Source: Amoeboaphelidium protococcarum X5 (Eukaryota; Fungi; Aphelidiomycota). From it: DNA of 64,000 nt. The stretch covers positions 165,743-229,742 of the forward strand of contig JALDTO010000214.1 of assembly GCA_023515725.1 (NCBI GenBank), read 5' to 3'. Made by a program: the position numbers and the translations under genes. Under the pieces are notes generated by a model. It did not search any database and was not told the origin of the DNA. It worked only from the letters and a program-made list of their open reading frames with translations. Positions 1 through 14,043 of the stretch are shown in pieces. The number at the start of each line of letters is the position of its first letter. Position 1 is the first letter of the stretch.

Positions 1-226
1 CGCGCGCGTTTGCAGAAAGATTACAGTATCACAGGCAGCAATTTAGTGCACTGTGAAGAACACACATTTCCTTTCTCGCGCGTTTTGTTAACGCATCAAA
101 CAAGTGTCGTTCGCATTGCTTTGGAAGAACTATTATTTTGTGGGGTTTTCTTTTCAAATTCTATTGTCAGATTTTTGAATTCTACAGATATACTGAATAA
201 TTATAATAAAAACAAATAAAATCATT

Positions 227-1321
227 ATGCCAGAAAAGACTGCTGTATCGCCAACTGTTGGCACTGCGAATATCGATCCACGTAAGCCTGGTGTTGCTCA
301 TCGCCTGGAGGAGGCTGCCTTCAAAGCTGAGAACGCAATCAAGAGTGAGGCACAGGCTGTCAAGAATGAGGCTAAGCATTTGAAGAATAAGGCCAAGGGA
401 GCTGCGAAGGAGGTTGCTGCCGAGACTAAAGGTTGGGTGGCTGCGTACAATAACTGGCGCAAGTCTTGGGGTCTTCCTAATCCTGGAAAGTTTGATGGAA
501 TGACTAATGAGGTGCGTGGTGTGTTTGCCAATCAGATGCTGTTTGATGGAGCGAAATTTGATTTTGGCAAGGTGCTATCTCCTAATTTTCAGGTTATGCA
601 CTCCTTTATGCTCGGTTCTCAGGTTGCTCCTCAGCAGTACTCGTTCGGCACGTTCTTTACTAGCTAGTAATGGTTTTTGAGAGGTGTCATGGATAATGAC
701 TAGAACTTGAACGCGTCCGTATCCTACTCTCCGTTGAGTAATTTGTCTTTGAAATTGTCTCCAAGTATGGGCCCTCAGATGCCAACATCTGTTGGATTTG
801 AGTTTGATTATACTGGACTGGATTACTCCACCTATGCTAGAGTTGCTCATGCAGCTGCTGGTAACTAGATCGTGTCTCTGTCCCATCTGCAATCCGTTAC
901 CAAAGGCCTGGCTGTCGGTGTTGAGGCGGCGCTGTAAAAGTTGCCTGAAGCTCAATTTACTGAGCCTCAGTTGACCTACGTGGCCAAGTATTAGGCTCCT
1001 GATTTCAAGGCTACAGTGAGCTATTGCCAGTTGGGCATCATGCAGGCTACGTACTTTTAGAAGATTTCTGAGCAGGTGGAGTTGGGTGCTGATCTGCAGG
1101 TGGTCAATCTGAATGAGTAATAACGTGAGTCTGTGTGCACACTGGGTGCCAAGTGGGATTTCCGTGCTGCTTCAGTGAGAGCTCAGGTTGACACCACCGG
1201 ACGTGTGGCCACCTTTATGGAATAGCGTCTTGGACCTGGATTCAGTTTCCTCATGTCTGCAGATTTGAACCATGCTAAGGGAACTAGCAAGTTTGGTCTT
1301 GGTCTGCAACTGGAGAATTGA
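227..1321 (+). CDS. TOM40: Mitochondrial outer-membrane import channel Tom40 with Ala/Lys/Glu-rich N-terminal extension
   Basis: Open from ATG227 to TGA1319-1321 with TAR=Gln (364 aa). Motifs GLPNPGKFD, LSPNFQVMHSF and C-terminal SKFGLGLQLEN. Confidence 0.93.
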
Positions 1322-1500
1322 TTACCCTTCTGGATTGACACTATACTTTACTTTCTGCTGTTAAGGTTAACGAGAAGAAGTATTGTATTACGCGTGAATT
1401 GGTTACTATGAAATATTTCGGAATAGATAAGCATTTTAGCAATCATCATTTTCATCAAATCTAATACCATTGTCATATCAACACTTTAACAGATCAATCA

Positions 1501-2703
1501 TCAGTACTAGCTTTGATGCATAAATATAAACATTGGGATAAGGAAGAGCCCTGCAAGAGCCGCCTTTTTCATGGCTGAACTAAATTTAATTTCCAGCTCA
1601 GGCGATGATGGTAGACCATAACAGATTGTGGCCACAATGACAAGCGATGCTCCCATAAAGAATGTGGCACTCATCACTGAGTTGAACATGAAATATGATC
1701 CAACACAACCAAGCAGGATAGCAATCGATGTAGCGAATCCTTTCGATATACTGTCGGCATACTTGACCACTACGGCAGTCAGAAGACCACCCCACGCGTT
1801 CAAGAAAACGGCTCCAATTGCTGCCATATTATTAGAGTATCCATACAGAATTCCGTGCTCCGACACCTATTTATAGTCCAAGATGTAAACACCAAAAATG
1901 AGCGATAAAACCGAGCCACAGACTCCCATCTGCACATTACGAATCCAAAGAGAGGTGCTGCTCTTCTACTTCAAAATCTTCTCCGTGTACACACCAGCCA
2001 TACCAGACAGAACAGATGCAGTAAAAGAGGCAGCGAATCCAATAACATTAGAGGAAGACTTGGATTAAGCAGATCCAGTAGATTATAATTGCACTATGGC
2101 AACACCGACAATCAACATTCCAATAGAAACCCACTAGCGCTGAACCAAAGCACGCTGTAAGAAGAGCACTGAAAATATCGCCGTGGTAAAAATCTTCAAT
2201 TACGCCAGCACTTGATACGTACCAACATCTAAATGACTAATAGCTACATACTGAAGATTGTTCTAGATTGTGTACAAAACGGATGGTACTAGAATTTAAA
2301 TAAAGTCGCTGTCTCGCCCAAAACAATCATTGATAAACTTTTAGATGGAATTGACATGATAACCACCTTTGTTACCATTTCCAGTCTGAAGATTATTCGA
2401 CACTAGAACATCTTTATCGGCATTCTAAATGCCAGCGGTGTTGTAAAAATGACAAAATACAGCAGTGAAGACTTTCAAGCACTCACCAAAGAACACCGCA
2501 GTTGATGTAGCATATGATGGTCCACTGACCAGCCGTGACAATCTTGTAACAAGGATGAGCGAACAATTTTGTAAAGTCAAAATCACAAGCGATGCATACT
2601 TGAGAGTATTTTTATTACTACCACTTACTCCACCTCCAAAAATACTAGCTGCAGCATCTAGAGCAGAACTTGATCTCTTATCCAACTTGGTACTAACAAC
2701 CAT
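1501..2703 (-). CDS. Nucleotide-sugar (UDP-galactose/UDP-GlcNAc, SLC35A-type) transporter
   Basis: ATG2703 to TGA1501. Motifs LKYASLVILTLQN, STAVFFGECLK, LKIFTTAIFS, LWIRNVQ, VVKYADSISKGFATS. Confidence 0.92.
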
Positions 2704-3039
2704 TCCTAGCTTGTATATTAATAGTGCGATGCGATGCGATCGATTTAAAGATTTGGAAATATAGTAAATAAGAAGCAAAGCAAAGTACAATAGCTGAGCG
2801 GTTGCGGTGCCGAAACAATAACCAAAAAAACCAACAACAACAATACCGCTTAGTGGGGAAACGGTCTCGCTCAGTCTAGAACTTGAACGGCCGCTGCTAA
2901 GTTGGCTTAGTGTCTACGCAACGATGGAATGATTAGAATTGTGTGTTTGATCAACCGTTCTGAAATTATTATCGACTCTCGCACACCATCATTTGGCTTG
3001 CTGCATCACTAAGCTGTTGCGGGTGTGTACGTCTTCTAA

Positions 3040-4320
<1,281 letters not shown>

Positions 4321-4417
4321 TCTCCCTCATATTTTGAATAGAAAACTAGATTGTGATAATAATAAACTATAGATACAAATAGATATTCATTGATTTAATC
4401 CACCACATTCATTACAA

Positions 4418-5599
4418 TCATTACAAGTTTAAATCTTTCAGTATGATAGTGGCTATGAATTTGGCACTACTCTAACTACACGATACCAACTACTAGGCCT
4501 TCTCGCCGTAACCAAGTGTACTAAGCAGCTTCTCCACCACAGCGATACGTTTACCAACCACCACACCGTGAGAACATACGCGCGCAATGAAGTCAGACTC
4601 TGGAATGTTATAGCTGAATAAAACTTTTCTAAAATCTACACTCTATAATGAACAATAAACATTATGATTGTACAAGAGCTCAACACCATCCCGCCATTCG
4701 GATTATCGATTCTGTTCTTATTACACCACTTGCTTTGACTATTCAATTGATGATTGTTTCTAAGTAATGTCAGTAGAATCCACCAGATCGACTGCAATGT
4801 CACAGACTTCAGTTTATTCTAAAAGGACACCTGTCAATTTTTACTGCCACACAATTATACATTAATATGAGCTCTTCTATGCTTAACGCGATTGAGACTC
4901 TTTCTACTACTACTACTACTATTATAACTATACTTAAGACAAGGGATGATCAGGCCATATGAGTGATGAACTCAGTGGAACGGTAACATCTTGTAAATGG
5001 CCAAAGAGTGTTCGATGAGGAAACTTCAACAAGGCTTTCATGAACTGAGAATCACTTTAAGACATGTACTCAAGCAGGGCATAACTACTGCCACTTTCAG
5101 TATACTCATCTCCCATGAATAGCTCACGACCAGTCTTTCCAACCAGATACTTCAAGTACAGACCAGCCGCTGTACCCATCCATCCACTACCGCGTCTACT
5201 ACCCAAATGTGGACTTGATACTGCATAATACCCCACTGGAACAAATTCAACGTCACTTAATATCTCGTCTTAATCATCATCCTCCTCGCAAGTATTTCCA
5301 CCACGGAACAACATTGGCAGAACGTATCTCGCAATCAATCCACCCAGCGAATGACCAAGTACACTCAACTAGATCTCTTTATAGCTCTACATGTTCTGCT
5401 TTACAAACTGGCCGACTTCCTGCAAAAGCGCTTGTCCCATAGCTTGTAATCCTAAATGTGTCTTTAAGAACCCATTACACTCAGAGGCTAGAATGAACAC
5501 GTCTTCCCTGTCCGCAGTCTGCTCCTTCAAATACTCCGCCATATAATCAAAGTCATGATGTGTTCCATGCAATCCATGCACAAGCACTATCAGCGACAT
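4418..5599 (-). CDS. Putative serine esterase/lipase, DUF676 (Rog1/Lpl1-like)
   Basis: LIVLVHGLHG, nucleophile motif GHSLGG, KTGRELF. Open to TGA4418. Confidence 0.88.
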
Positions 5600-5833
5600 C
5601 CTGCGATAAAACTTTTACTCTTAAAAGATACAATCACTTTCGCTGGTAACTGAATCTAAACGATAATCTGCTGAATTAGGGATTGGCTTACGAAAGTTGA
5701 TCGATTTCCTCCGTCTCGCGTCAACGCGTCAATCAAGAGAGAGGAGTGAGTTGCAACTCCCTATACAACACTAAAATCTTACGCCTGAAGATAAATACAG
5801 TTTTGAGTTTAGATTTAAATCAAAAGTACAAAA

Positions 5834-6619
5834 ATGCTTGCGTCATCAACTATAGCGAAGAGTAAATTGAAGTAGGATACTGAGTATTTGCACCGTGGAT
5901 GGCAGTTTAAATCATAGAAAGGCACTATTGCATCTGACAGAGAACTGATAGCATTTGAACACAAGTTTGGTTACAAATCCCCGCTGATGCTATTCCCTGA
6001 TAATAAATTACAGGTACAATCTCCCTCTGCGTAAATAGTTATTGAATGGAATGCTATGGATGCTTTAAAGAAAGTCAAACTGTAAAAGCCTCCGTATTCA
6101 GTCAAGAGTAGTCAGGCATGGAGGCGGGCGCGAAATCTAGGATCCGATAGTAATGATGAAGTTAAATAACAAATTGTAGAAGGGGACTATGATTGGACAT
6201 ACTGGTCCGATTATATGGGCACATTCAATCTTGACCAAGATAGTAGAAATAATAGCGACAGTTTAGAATGGAATGGTGCGACACTAGCCCAACATAAGAT
6301 GAATATGCACAAAATTGCGCATGGCGGAGACATCAAGTACTTTGACTCTGTGATTCTGTATGAAGATGAATTGGATGATAATGGATGCAGTCAGTTTTCA
6401 GTAAAGATTCGCGTGATGCAGGATTACTGGTTCGCTCTATGCTAGATGTAGCTATTTATTTATGGTGTCATTAGAAAGTCATTAGAGTGTCGATACTATC
6501 ATGAGTTTGGATCTCGGGTGATTTGCAGAGAGATCAAATCGCTATAGAACGACACTGGTGGCGAACAACTACAGTTACAATCTACCTGTGAGACATTTGC
6601 TAAACTGCACAGCGATTGA
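5834..6619 (+). CDS. TIP41: TIP41/TIPRL PP2A regulator
   Basis: PLMLFPDN, DYDWTYWSDYMG, YFDSVILYEDELDDNGCSQFSVKIRVM, RYYHEFG. Confidence 0.92.
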
Positions 6620-6812
6620 CTTTATTCTTTTACTGTAAGCCTTCTTGATTGTATATATTATTAATTCTAATTTTATTAAAGGAACTGCTGTATAATTTAT
6701 AAATTTACTTTCACTTTACTTTAATCATCACCGCTGCTAAACGTTTGTCATTTAGCGATCTCTTTAAAATTGATCAAATTCGTTTTTATCTACAAACTAA
6801 CTATAATCAATA

Positions 6813-9800
6813 ATGGGACGATCTAGACCAAGATATAATGAAAAGGCTAGAGCTTCGTCTCTGCAGAGTAAGGTTAATGTGTCCACCTTGAGATTGCATC
6901 CCAATGCTCGTAATGGTGGTTTAGTTGCGTTGAAGAAGAAGGTGAAAAGTATCAATAATAATAAAACTGGCGAAGGTGATACTGCTGCTGTTGATTAGAA
7001 TCCGGTATAGAGTCTGCATAAAGTGCTGTAAATTCAGACTGAAAGTAAAATGTCCAAGACGCGTAAAAAGAAGCTGGAGAAGTATATCGAGAAGAAGTTG
7101 AAGAAGGAGCAGCATGGTGAACTGATGAAGAAGGTGGCACAGTCATCCAAGTCTGTGGACTCGAGGAATGTGCTGATTAGATCTTCTGCTGGTATCTCAT
7201 CTGGTGTTAATGTTACAGAGAGAGAACGCGTCAGATATGCCTTCAATGTTCATAAAGCTGGTGTTACTGTGGATAAGGACGCGTTATTTTAGTAGTAAAA
7301 TGATGATTCTGATAAATTGGATATTGATGATGATCAGGAGGATGATTAGTAGTAGCAATCAACTGAGGAAATAAAACCTACCACCAAGCATCTGGCATCT
7401 TATCCTGTAAAATTTGGCTCTGCTTTGAAATCTTAGAAGGGTAGTTTATAGGATAGTGATGAATAGTAATAGTTGAAAAAGCGCAAACTCATGCCTGAAG
7501 TTATTTTAAATGAGTCTAGCAGTGAAAGCGATTCATCATCGGATGATGAAGTCAGTGATAATGTCAAAGAAGTATAAGGCCTTGTTGACATATAACGTGC
7601 TGGTAATTCTACTGTCTCTGAGAGCGTAGAATCTAAATCTAAAGTTGCTCAAGATGAAACTGTCAAGTTATCACAACCTAAGTAAGTCAATACTGTAAAA
7701 AATGAGAATACCACTCTGTAGTAATAATATGCAGATAAACCCAGAGTGCAGGCAAAGTATGTTCTTGTTGAGAGAAATGAAGATATTCAATAGGCACGTC
7801 TATAGTTGCCTATTTTGGCTGAGGAGCATACGATTATGGAAAAGATTCTGAGTAATGAGAAAAGCACTTTCCACATGAACGATGTTCTTGTGCTATGTGG
7901 AGAGACTGGTAGTGGTAAAACTTCTCAACTACCGCAATTTTTGTTTGAATATGGCTTTGGTAGCGGTCAGAATAGTATTAAAAATACCAATAGCGGTGGT
8001 TAACCTTTCACTCCGGATGAACGTGCTGGTATGATAGGTGTCACTTAGCCGCGAAGAGTCGCTGCTGTCAGCATAGCACAAAGAGTGTAATAGGAGTTGG
8101 GAGTGGATGGTAAAGTAGCATACCAGGTCAGATATGACACCAATGTCTCATCGAGTACGGCGATAAAGTTTATGACTGATGGTATTCTATTGAAAGAGAT
8201 CAGCAAGGATCTACTACTAACTAAGTATTCTTGCATTGTGGTGGATGAGGCTCACGAGAGATCTCTCAATACCGACATTGTTATTGGACTATTGAGCAGA
8301 GTGGTGCCATTGAGACGTAAAATGTTCCAGGAGAAGCGAACCACGGTGGTCGATGGTAAGAGTGTTCGCGTTTATCCCCTAAAACTAGTAATAATGTCTG
8401 CCACTCTGCGTGTTGACGACTTTGTTCATAATCAGCAATTGTTCAAGTTGCCACCTCCCCTGATTGAAGTCAAAGCTCGTCAGTTTCCGGTCACTGTTCA
8501 CTTTAATAAAAAGACTCCCGAGAATTATATCGACGCTGCGTATGATAAGGTGTGCAAGATTCATAAGAAGCTTCCTCCAGGTGGTATTTTGGTGTTTTTG
8601 ACTGGTCAGCAGGAGATAGCATAATTGATTTAGATGTTATAGAATGAGCGTGGCCTAGTGTCTGGTTAGGATGATTATGATCAATTGCCAGGTAGTGATG
8701 ATTAGGATGAAGATGAGAATTTGGAAGACGGATTTACCTAGGAAGAGTTGCAGACTAAAAAGAAGTTGAAACTGCATGTCTTGCCACTATTTGCTCTTTA
8801 GTCAACAGAGCAGCAGATGCGAATCTTTGAATAAATACCTGATAATCAGCGTTTGTGCATAGTTGCTACCAATGTCGCTGAGACTTCCCTCACCATTTCG
8901 GGAATCAAGTATGTGGTGGACTGTGGACGTGTCAAAGAACTGAGTTATGATATCGAGAGTGGTGTGAGCTCTTTCAAGAATGTGTGGACATCTAAAGCAT
9001 CTGCTGATCAGAGGAGTGGACGGGCAGGTAGATGTGAAGCTGGTCACACATACCGACTTTACTCATCTGCAGTGTATTAATATCAGATGTAGTAGCACAC
9101 TGCTCCGGAGATTTAGAGAATGCCTATAGATGGAGTAGTGCTGTAGATGAAGAACATGGAGATTGATAATGTGTGCAACTTTCCATTCCCGAGTCCTCCT
9201 GACAGGCAGTAGTTGCAATAGAGTGAGAAGATGCTAGTATCGCTAGGGGCACTTGACTCTTAGCGAAAGTCTATTACTCCAATGGGCCGTTCGATTGCAA
9301 ACTATCCCATCCATCCACGATATGGAAAAATGATAGTGTTCTGTATTGAGAATCATCCCAAGCTATTGCCATTTAGTGTACTGATGGTAAGTGCATTGAC
9401 TGTTGGAGAGATTTTTGATTAATCTGTTTGTATTCCAGGATAATTTGATTTTAGTCAAAATGATGGTGAAGATTAATAATAATAATAACAGTAAAGAGTG
9501 ACGCGTAGTGAGTTTAACAACGGGTATGATAGTGATCCAATGCTGATGGCTGAAGCTGCGCTCAAGTGTATCCAACACCGAGACGTATAAGCATTCTGTG
9601 TTATATACGGCCTTAGACTTAAAGCGATGCAAGAAGTGCAGAAGTTGTCAAAATAGATTTTCAACATTATAAATGTGGAAAGCGGAATATAAATTTCTGT
9701 AGATCAATTAAGAACATTCTAACTACATTCTGATCAAGTCCAACTACTGAAAGATGTTATACTGTCAGCTAATTGTGATAGAATAGCTGTCAGATGTAAG

Positions 9801-10577
9801 AAGCAGCACAAAGGTTAGAAGTTGATTCCTTATAAACCAGTCTTCCAAGAGGTGATGTCTTTTAACTCGGATATTGGATAGACTGCAGCAGAGTATATCT
9901 ACATTCATCCATCGAGTTGCTTGGTAAGATCTGCTCCTGAGTTTGTATTGTATCAAGATCTTCGAAGGGCGTCTTCCTCTCCCCTATAGCAAAGTTTGAT
10001 TGATATGGATCAAAGTGGTGGATAGTCCATCTAACGTAATGTTTATATGCTCAATATTACTTAGCTAAATTCTCTGTAATCAATTGCCACTGTCAATCCA
10101 TCTATATGCTCCTTTGGCAGTCCTTTGGAAAACCGTTGTCCATACCATGACAGTTAGCTGGATGCTTTGTTTGCATACTCCTCTCCCACGATTGGTAGTA
10201 ATGTTGTGCTAAATCTCCCACCCACTCCGATACTGTTATCCTAATTTAAGAGTCTCTCGAATGGAGACAAGTTGCGCCAGGTGGCCAAATTGATTCTGGA
10301 TGGTTCAATTTTGCCCAAGTTGAAATCTAATCTCAGGATGCTTAACGCTAAACCTTAGCTGATGATCAATCCGAAGCTTGGTATTAATAATGGCAAGATT
10401 GCGCCGTGGATCTAGTCTCTTAGTCGCCACGATGTCTTATCACATATTGATGGTGGATTGAAGAGGCATCTTATGAGCGTTTTCAAGGAGCATAACAAGT
10501 TCTTACTGGAACCGTATTTGTAATGGATCTCGCAAGATTATGAGTAAATCATACGCAGCTAATGGCCACCTCTGTGA
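6813..10577 (+). CDS. DHR1: DEAH-box RNA helicase Dhr1/Ecm16/DHX37
   Basis: N-terminal [32 protein letters not shown] (Q encoded by TAG8046), [16 protein letters not shown]. 1254 aa, no intron needed. Confidence 0.95.
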
Positions 10578-10641
10578 TACTTCTTCCCGGTATAATGAAT
10601 CTTGAAATGTAGAATGCAACATCAATTATTATATTTAAAAT

Positions 10642-12072
10642 TCATTACTTAGACTCGTTTTGCTGAGGATCCACTTCAGATGATAAGTCAACATCAGCGA
10701 GACTTTAATCACCCTATTGTATAGCACATCGATCTATGGTATAAAATAGCATCTAATGATTATCCAATATATTATGCCAACCTCTGGATCCACTAGACGT
10801 GACCATAAACTTTTCTTCTGGATCAACGAAAGCTTGAGATATAAATCCACCATAATGACCGCCAACTATTTAAAAGATATCACCAGATTAATCACCATTC
10901 GAGTCAGGATTAGACAGAGCTGCATTAACATCACAAAGTCGAATAACATCATGACTACATACTATAAGATGATGGTTGTCGCTTAGAGCTAGAGTATGAG
11001 ATACAATACCAGAATTAGACGGTAGTTTAACATTGTGTACAAGCCTAGTGGATCGCACATCCCAAACATCGATAGACTCATCTCTCCTACCGCAATATAT
11101 CCGTGTACCATCTGGACTCCAGCAAGCGGACATATACACATGATCTTGTGACTACTGCGGGTCAGAATCACCCTTAGGGGAGATTTTGGATTATGCATTA
11201 AACGACATCTAAGGCTTGGAAGATCTCACATCATAAATATTACTTTATCCATCAGCAAGCGAACATAAAAACTATTTATCGCTACTACTTGGTTTTAATT
11301 ATAAGGACACTATTTGAGCATCACCATCACTACCATAATTCTGCGTACAAGACCCGTCATTAAGATCCCAAAACTACACTCATACTTTCGCAATAATTAT
11401 CACGTACAATTAGAACAATATAGCTGCAAGTGAATCATAGTCTGCTTACATTTATCGTAGAGTCCCAAGATCCACTTAAAAACTTTTACTCATCAGCAGT
11501 AAGAGTCAGCTGATTGACAATTGATTAATGGCCTTTAAAAGTGTGCAGACATGTACCAGAGTCATGGCGAGCGGTACACAGCGATATTGTTCCATCCTAC
11601 AACAATAAAAAGTTATATACTAGAGTTAATCAACAGTAAGTCTTACGTTCTAGCCTATTAATACCCAGAGAGCCTCTTTCTCTAGAGCCATGGACATTAC
11701 TGGACGCGTCGTATGATCCAGACCAGAACTTTGAGACAGATCATCCGGATCATCTTGCATCAGATTCAGAGGATGTCTCTATACACCAGAATTAGTCCAC
11801 TGACCGCAAGAGACGCCATTCCGCCATAGAGTATCGGGAAGTCCAAGTTGAGCTGAAGGATTCAGTTTAAGTTTACCATTGAGACTGGCGAAGAAGTCGT
11901 ATCGCCTCACCACACCATCATGTCCACCGCTATACACTCTTTTAATGCAGCGAGTTGCAGCGATTGCATTTATACCCACAGGCTGTTGTATGAGGCACAA
12001 TGGAGTGACTTTATATCCCATGCGCTATGACGCTGACTGCTCTATATCCATAGAATCATGATTCTCCACCAT
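10642..12072 (-). CDS. SPT8: SAGA subunit Spt8-like WD40 protein (2 introns)
   Basis: YSGGHDGVVRRYDFFASLNGK, SGSWDSTI, GHHGGFISQAFVDPEEKFMVTSSGSRGW. GT-AG introns 11597-11646 and 11374-11449 restore the frame. Confidence 0.85.
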
Positions 12073-12419
12073 GGTTTACTGTAGATTTCAAATGTAACGG
12101 CCTAGAGAAATGAAAACTCCTTCAGGCGTCGCAGTGCGAACAAGGATGAACCGTAATAAATAAGACTAAGTTTGAACACAGCGTGTCACAAAAAGCTTTA
12201 ATGAAGCGACTACTTTATATACATTAAATTCAAGAAACTACACCTAATGTAGTGCGGATTATCTTCTACACTTTCCATTCCGTCGAACAAGTAACAGTGG
12301 ATTGGTCAAGTCACATGGAAGGCACTCGAAGCCCAATCACACCTTTTCAACGATTGAACTTTCAGCAGTATTTTTTTTAATTGATCGCTGCTAAATCGCG
12401 TAAGACTTGATTTTAGCCA

Positions 12420-12737
12420 ATGCAGATATATAAATTCTGCCTATTGGCGCTTCTGTGTTTAATGGTAGCTTGCGTTAATGCACAGCCCGATAACTCGTTA
12501 GATGTCGATCTGTTCAAGCGCGCCTCGAAATCCTCATCATCATCTTCATCATCATCTGGAAAATCTGGCGGTAGATCATCAAGGCGATACATTGGCGGTG
12601 GTGGTTTCTATTCGCCTGGTGGAAATAGACCTTCGAATTCATCCGCTTCAAAAGTCGCCTTTGCTTCCAACTATTAATTGATGGCGCCGATTCTACTTAG
12701 TATCATCCCACTCATGCAACACGCGATTAGATTATGA
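12420..12737 (+). CDS. Small secreted Ser/Gly/Arg-rich protein, possible Kex2 site and GPI signal
   Basis: Signal peptide MQIYKFCLLALLCLMVACVNA, LFKR dibasic site, SSSSSGKSGGRSSRR, hydrophobic C-terminus. TGA12735. Confidence 0.75.
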
Positions 12738-12987
12738 ATTTTTGAATAAGACACATTGTTGCCTTTACATATTGTAAAATTTTCATTATTAATATCTCGA
12801 CAATAGCTTATTTGAAGTCACCAGTTTAATATCACTGCATTCTGACATGTTTGCTTGTGGAGTACTGCGTCTCACATTAAGCTTAAAGTCACAACACGGT
12901 CAACTGAAGATTCTCCTTCCGAAACAACACCGTTCATTAAAAGACTTGACTTAATACAAAGATTTGATATTTGTGTCATTTTTATAA

Positions 12988-13959
12988 ATGGAAGATCCTA
13001 GATTTGCGGATATCATTGTGAAAGACCATGAGCGAAAGTCTGTTGAAGCGAATGTGGTGATAATTGGCTTCCCTCATGATGAAGGTGTTAGGCGAAATGG
13101 TGGGCGTGTCGGAGCCAAGGATGGACCAGCTAGCTTCCGTAAATTGTTCTATAGATTATGTTCATCAGACACTGAGAGTGGCGTGGATCTGAGTCAACTG
13201 AAGATTGTTGATTTCGGTGATGTGGATCCCTCATTGCCTTTAGAATAAGCTCACCTCAGATTGACAGAATTGGTGTATAAGGTTTTGTAAATTGGCGGTA
13301 TTCCCATTATAATCGGCGGTGGTAACGATCAATCTTATCTGAATGCATCTGCCCTAATTTAACATTTATTGGAGTTAAATAGCAATCCTCAGCGATTAGC
13401 CGAGTAAAAATTGCATGTAATCAATGTCGATGCTCACTTGGATGTGAGGCCACTAAAGAATGGCCAAGTACACTCTGGATCTCCATTTCGCCTACTGGTT
13501 GAAGATGATCGCTTCTCCAAGCAGTTGAGTGGCAAGTATATTGTGTACGCAGCACAAGGTCCACAATGTGCTTCACGTCACGTTGAATATATTAAATAAT
13601 CTGGTAATCAGGTAATGTTCCTGCCTGCGGTGAAATAGTCATTATCGAATTTTGAATTGGACCGTAATTGGCTGTCTGCGGTGGCTGAGACCAAAGCTAC
13701 CAGTATATTTGTATCGTTTGATATTGATTCTATTAGAGCTTCAGATTGTCCTGGAGTGAGCTGTTCATCACCAGATGGCCTATCTGCTGAAGAGGCTATA
13801 GTGATGTGCAAGCAGGCTGGTGGAGATAGTCGCGTTAGACTGATCGACTTTTCGGAATATAATCCAACTATTGAAGAGTATCGCACCGGCAGATTGTTGG
13901 CCATGATGGTACACGCTTTCTTGTGTGGCCTCGCTTAAAGACAATAACGTAAATAGTGA
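12988..13959 (+). CDS. hutG: Formimidoylglutamase (HutG, arginase/ureohydrolase family)
   Basis: GFPHDEGVRRNGGRVGAKDGP, GGGNDQS, NVDAHLDVR, HSGSPFR, SFDIDS, PGVS. Intronless, TGA13957. Confidence 0.9.
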
Positions 13960-14043
13960 ACACTAGGACATACATTAACAACTATGTTGTATTAAATCAG
14001 ATTTCACACTACGACGTAAGATATCTCAAAACACGCTTCAAGT

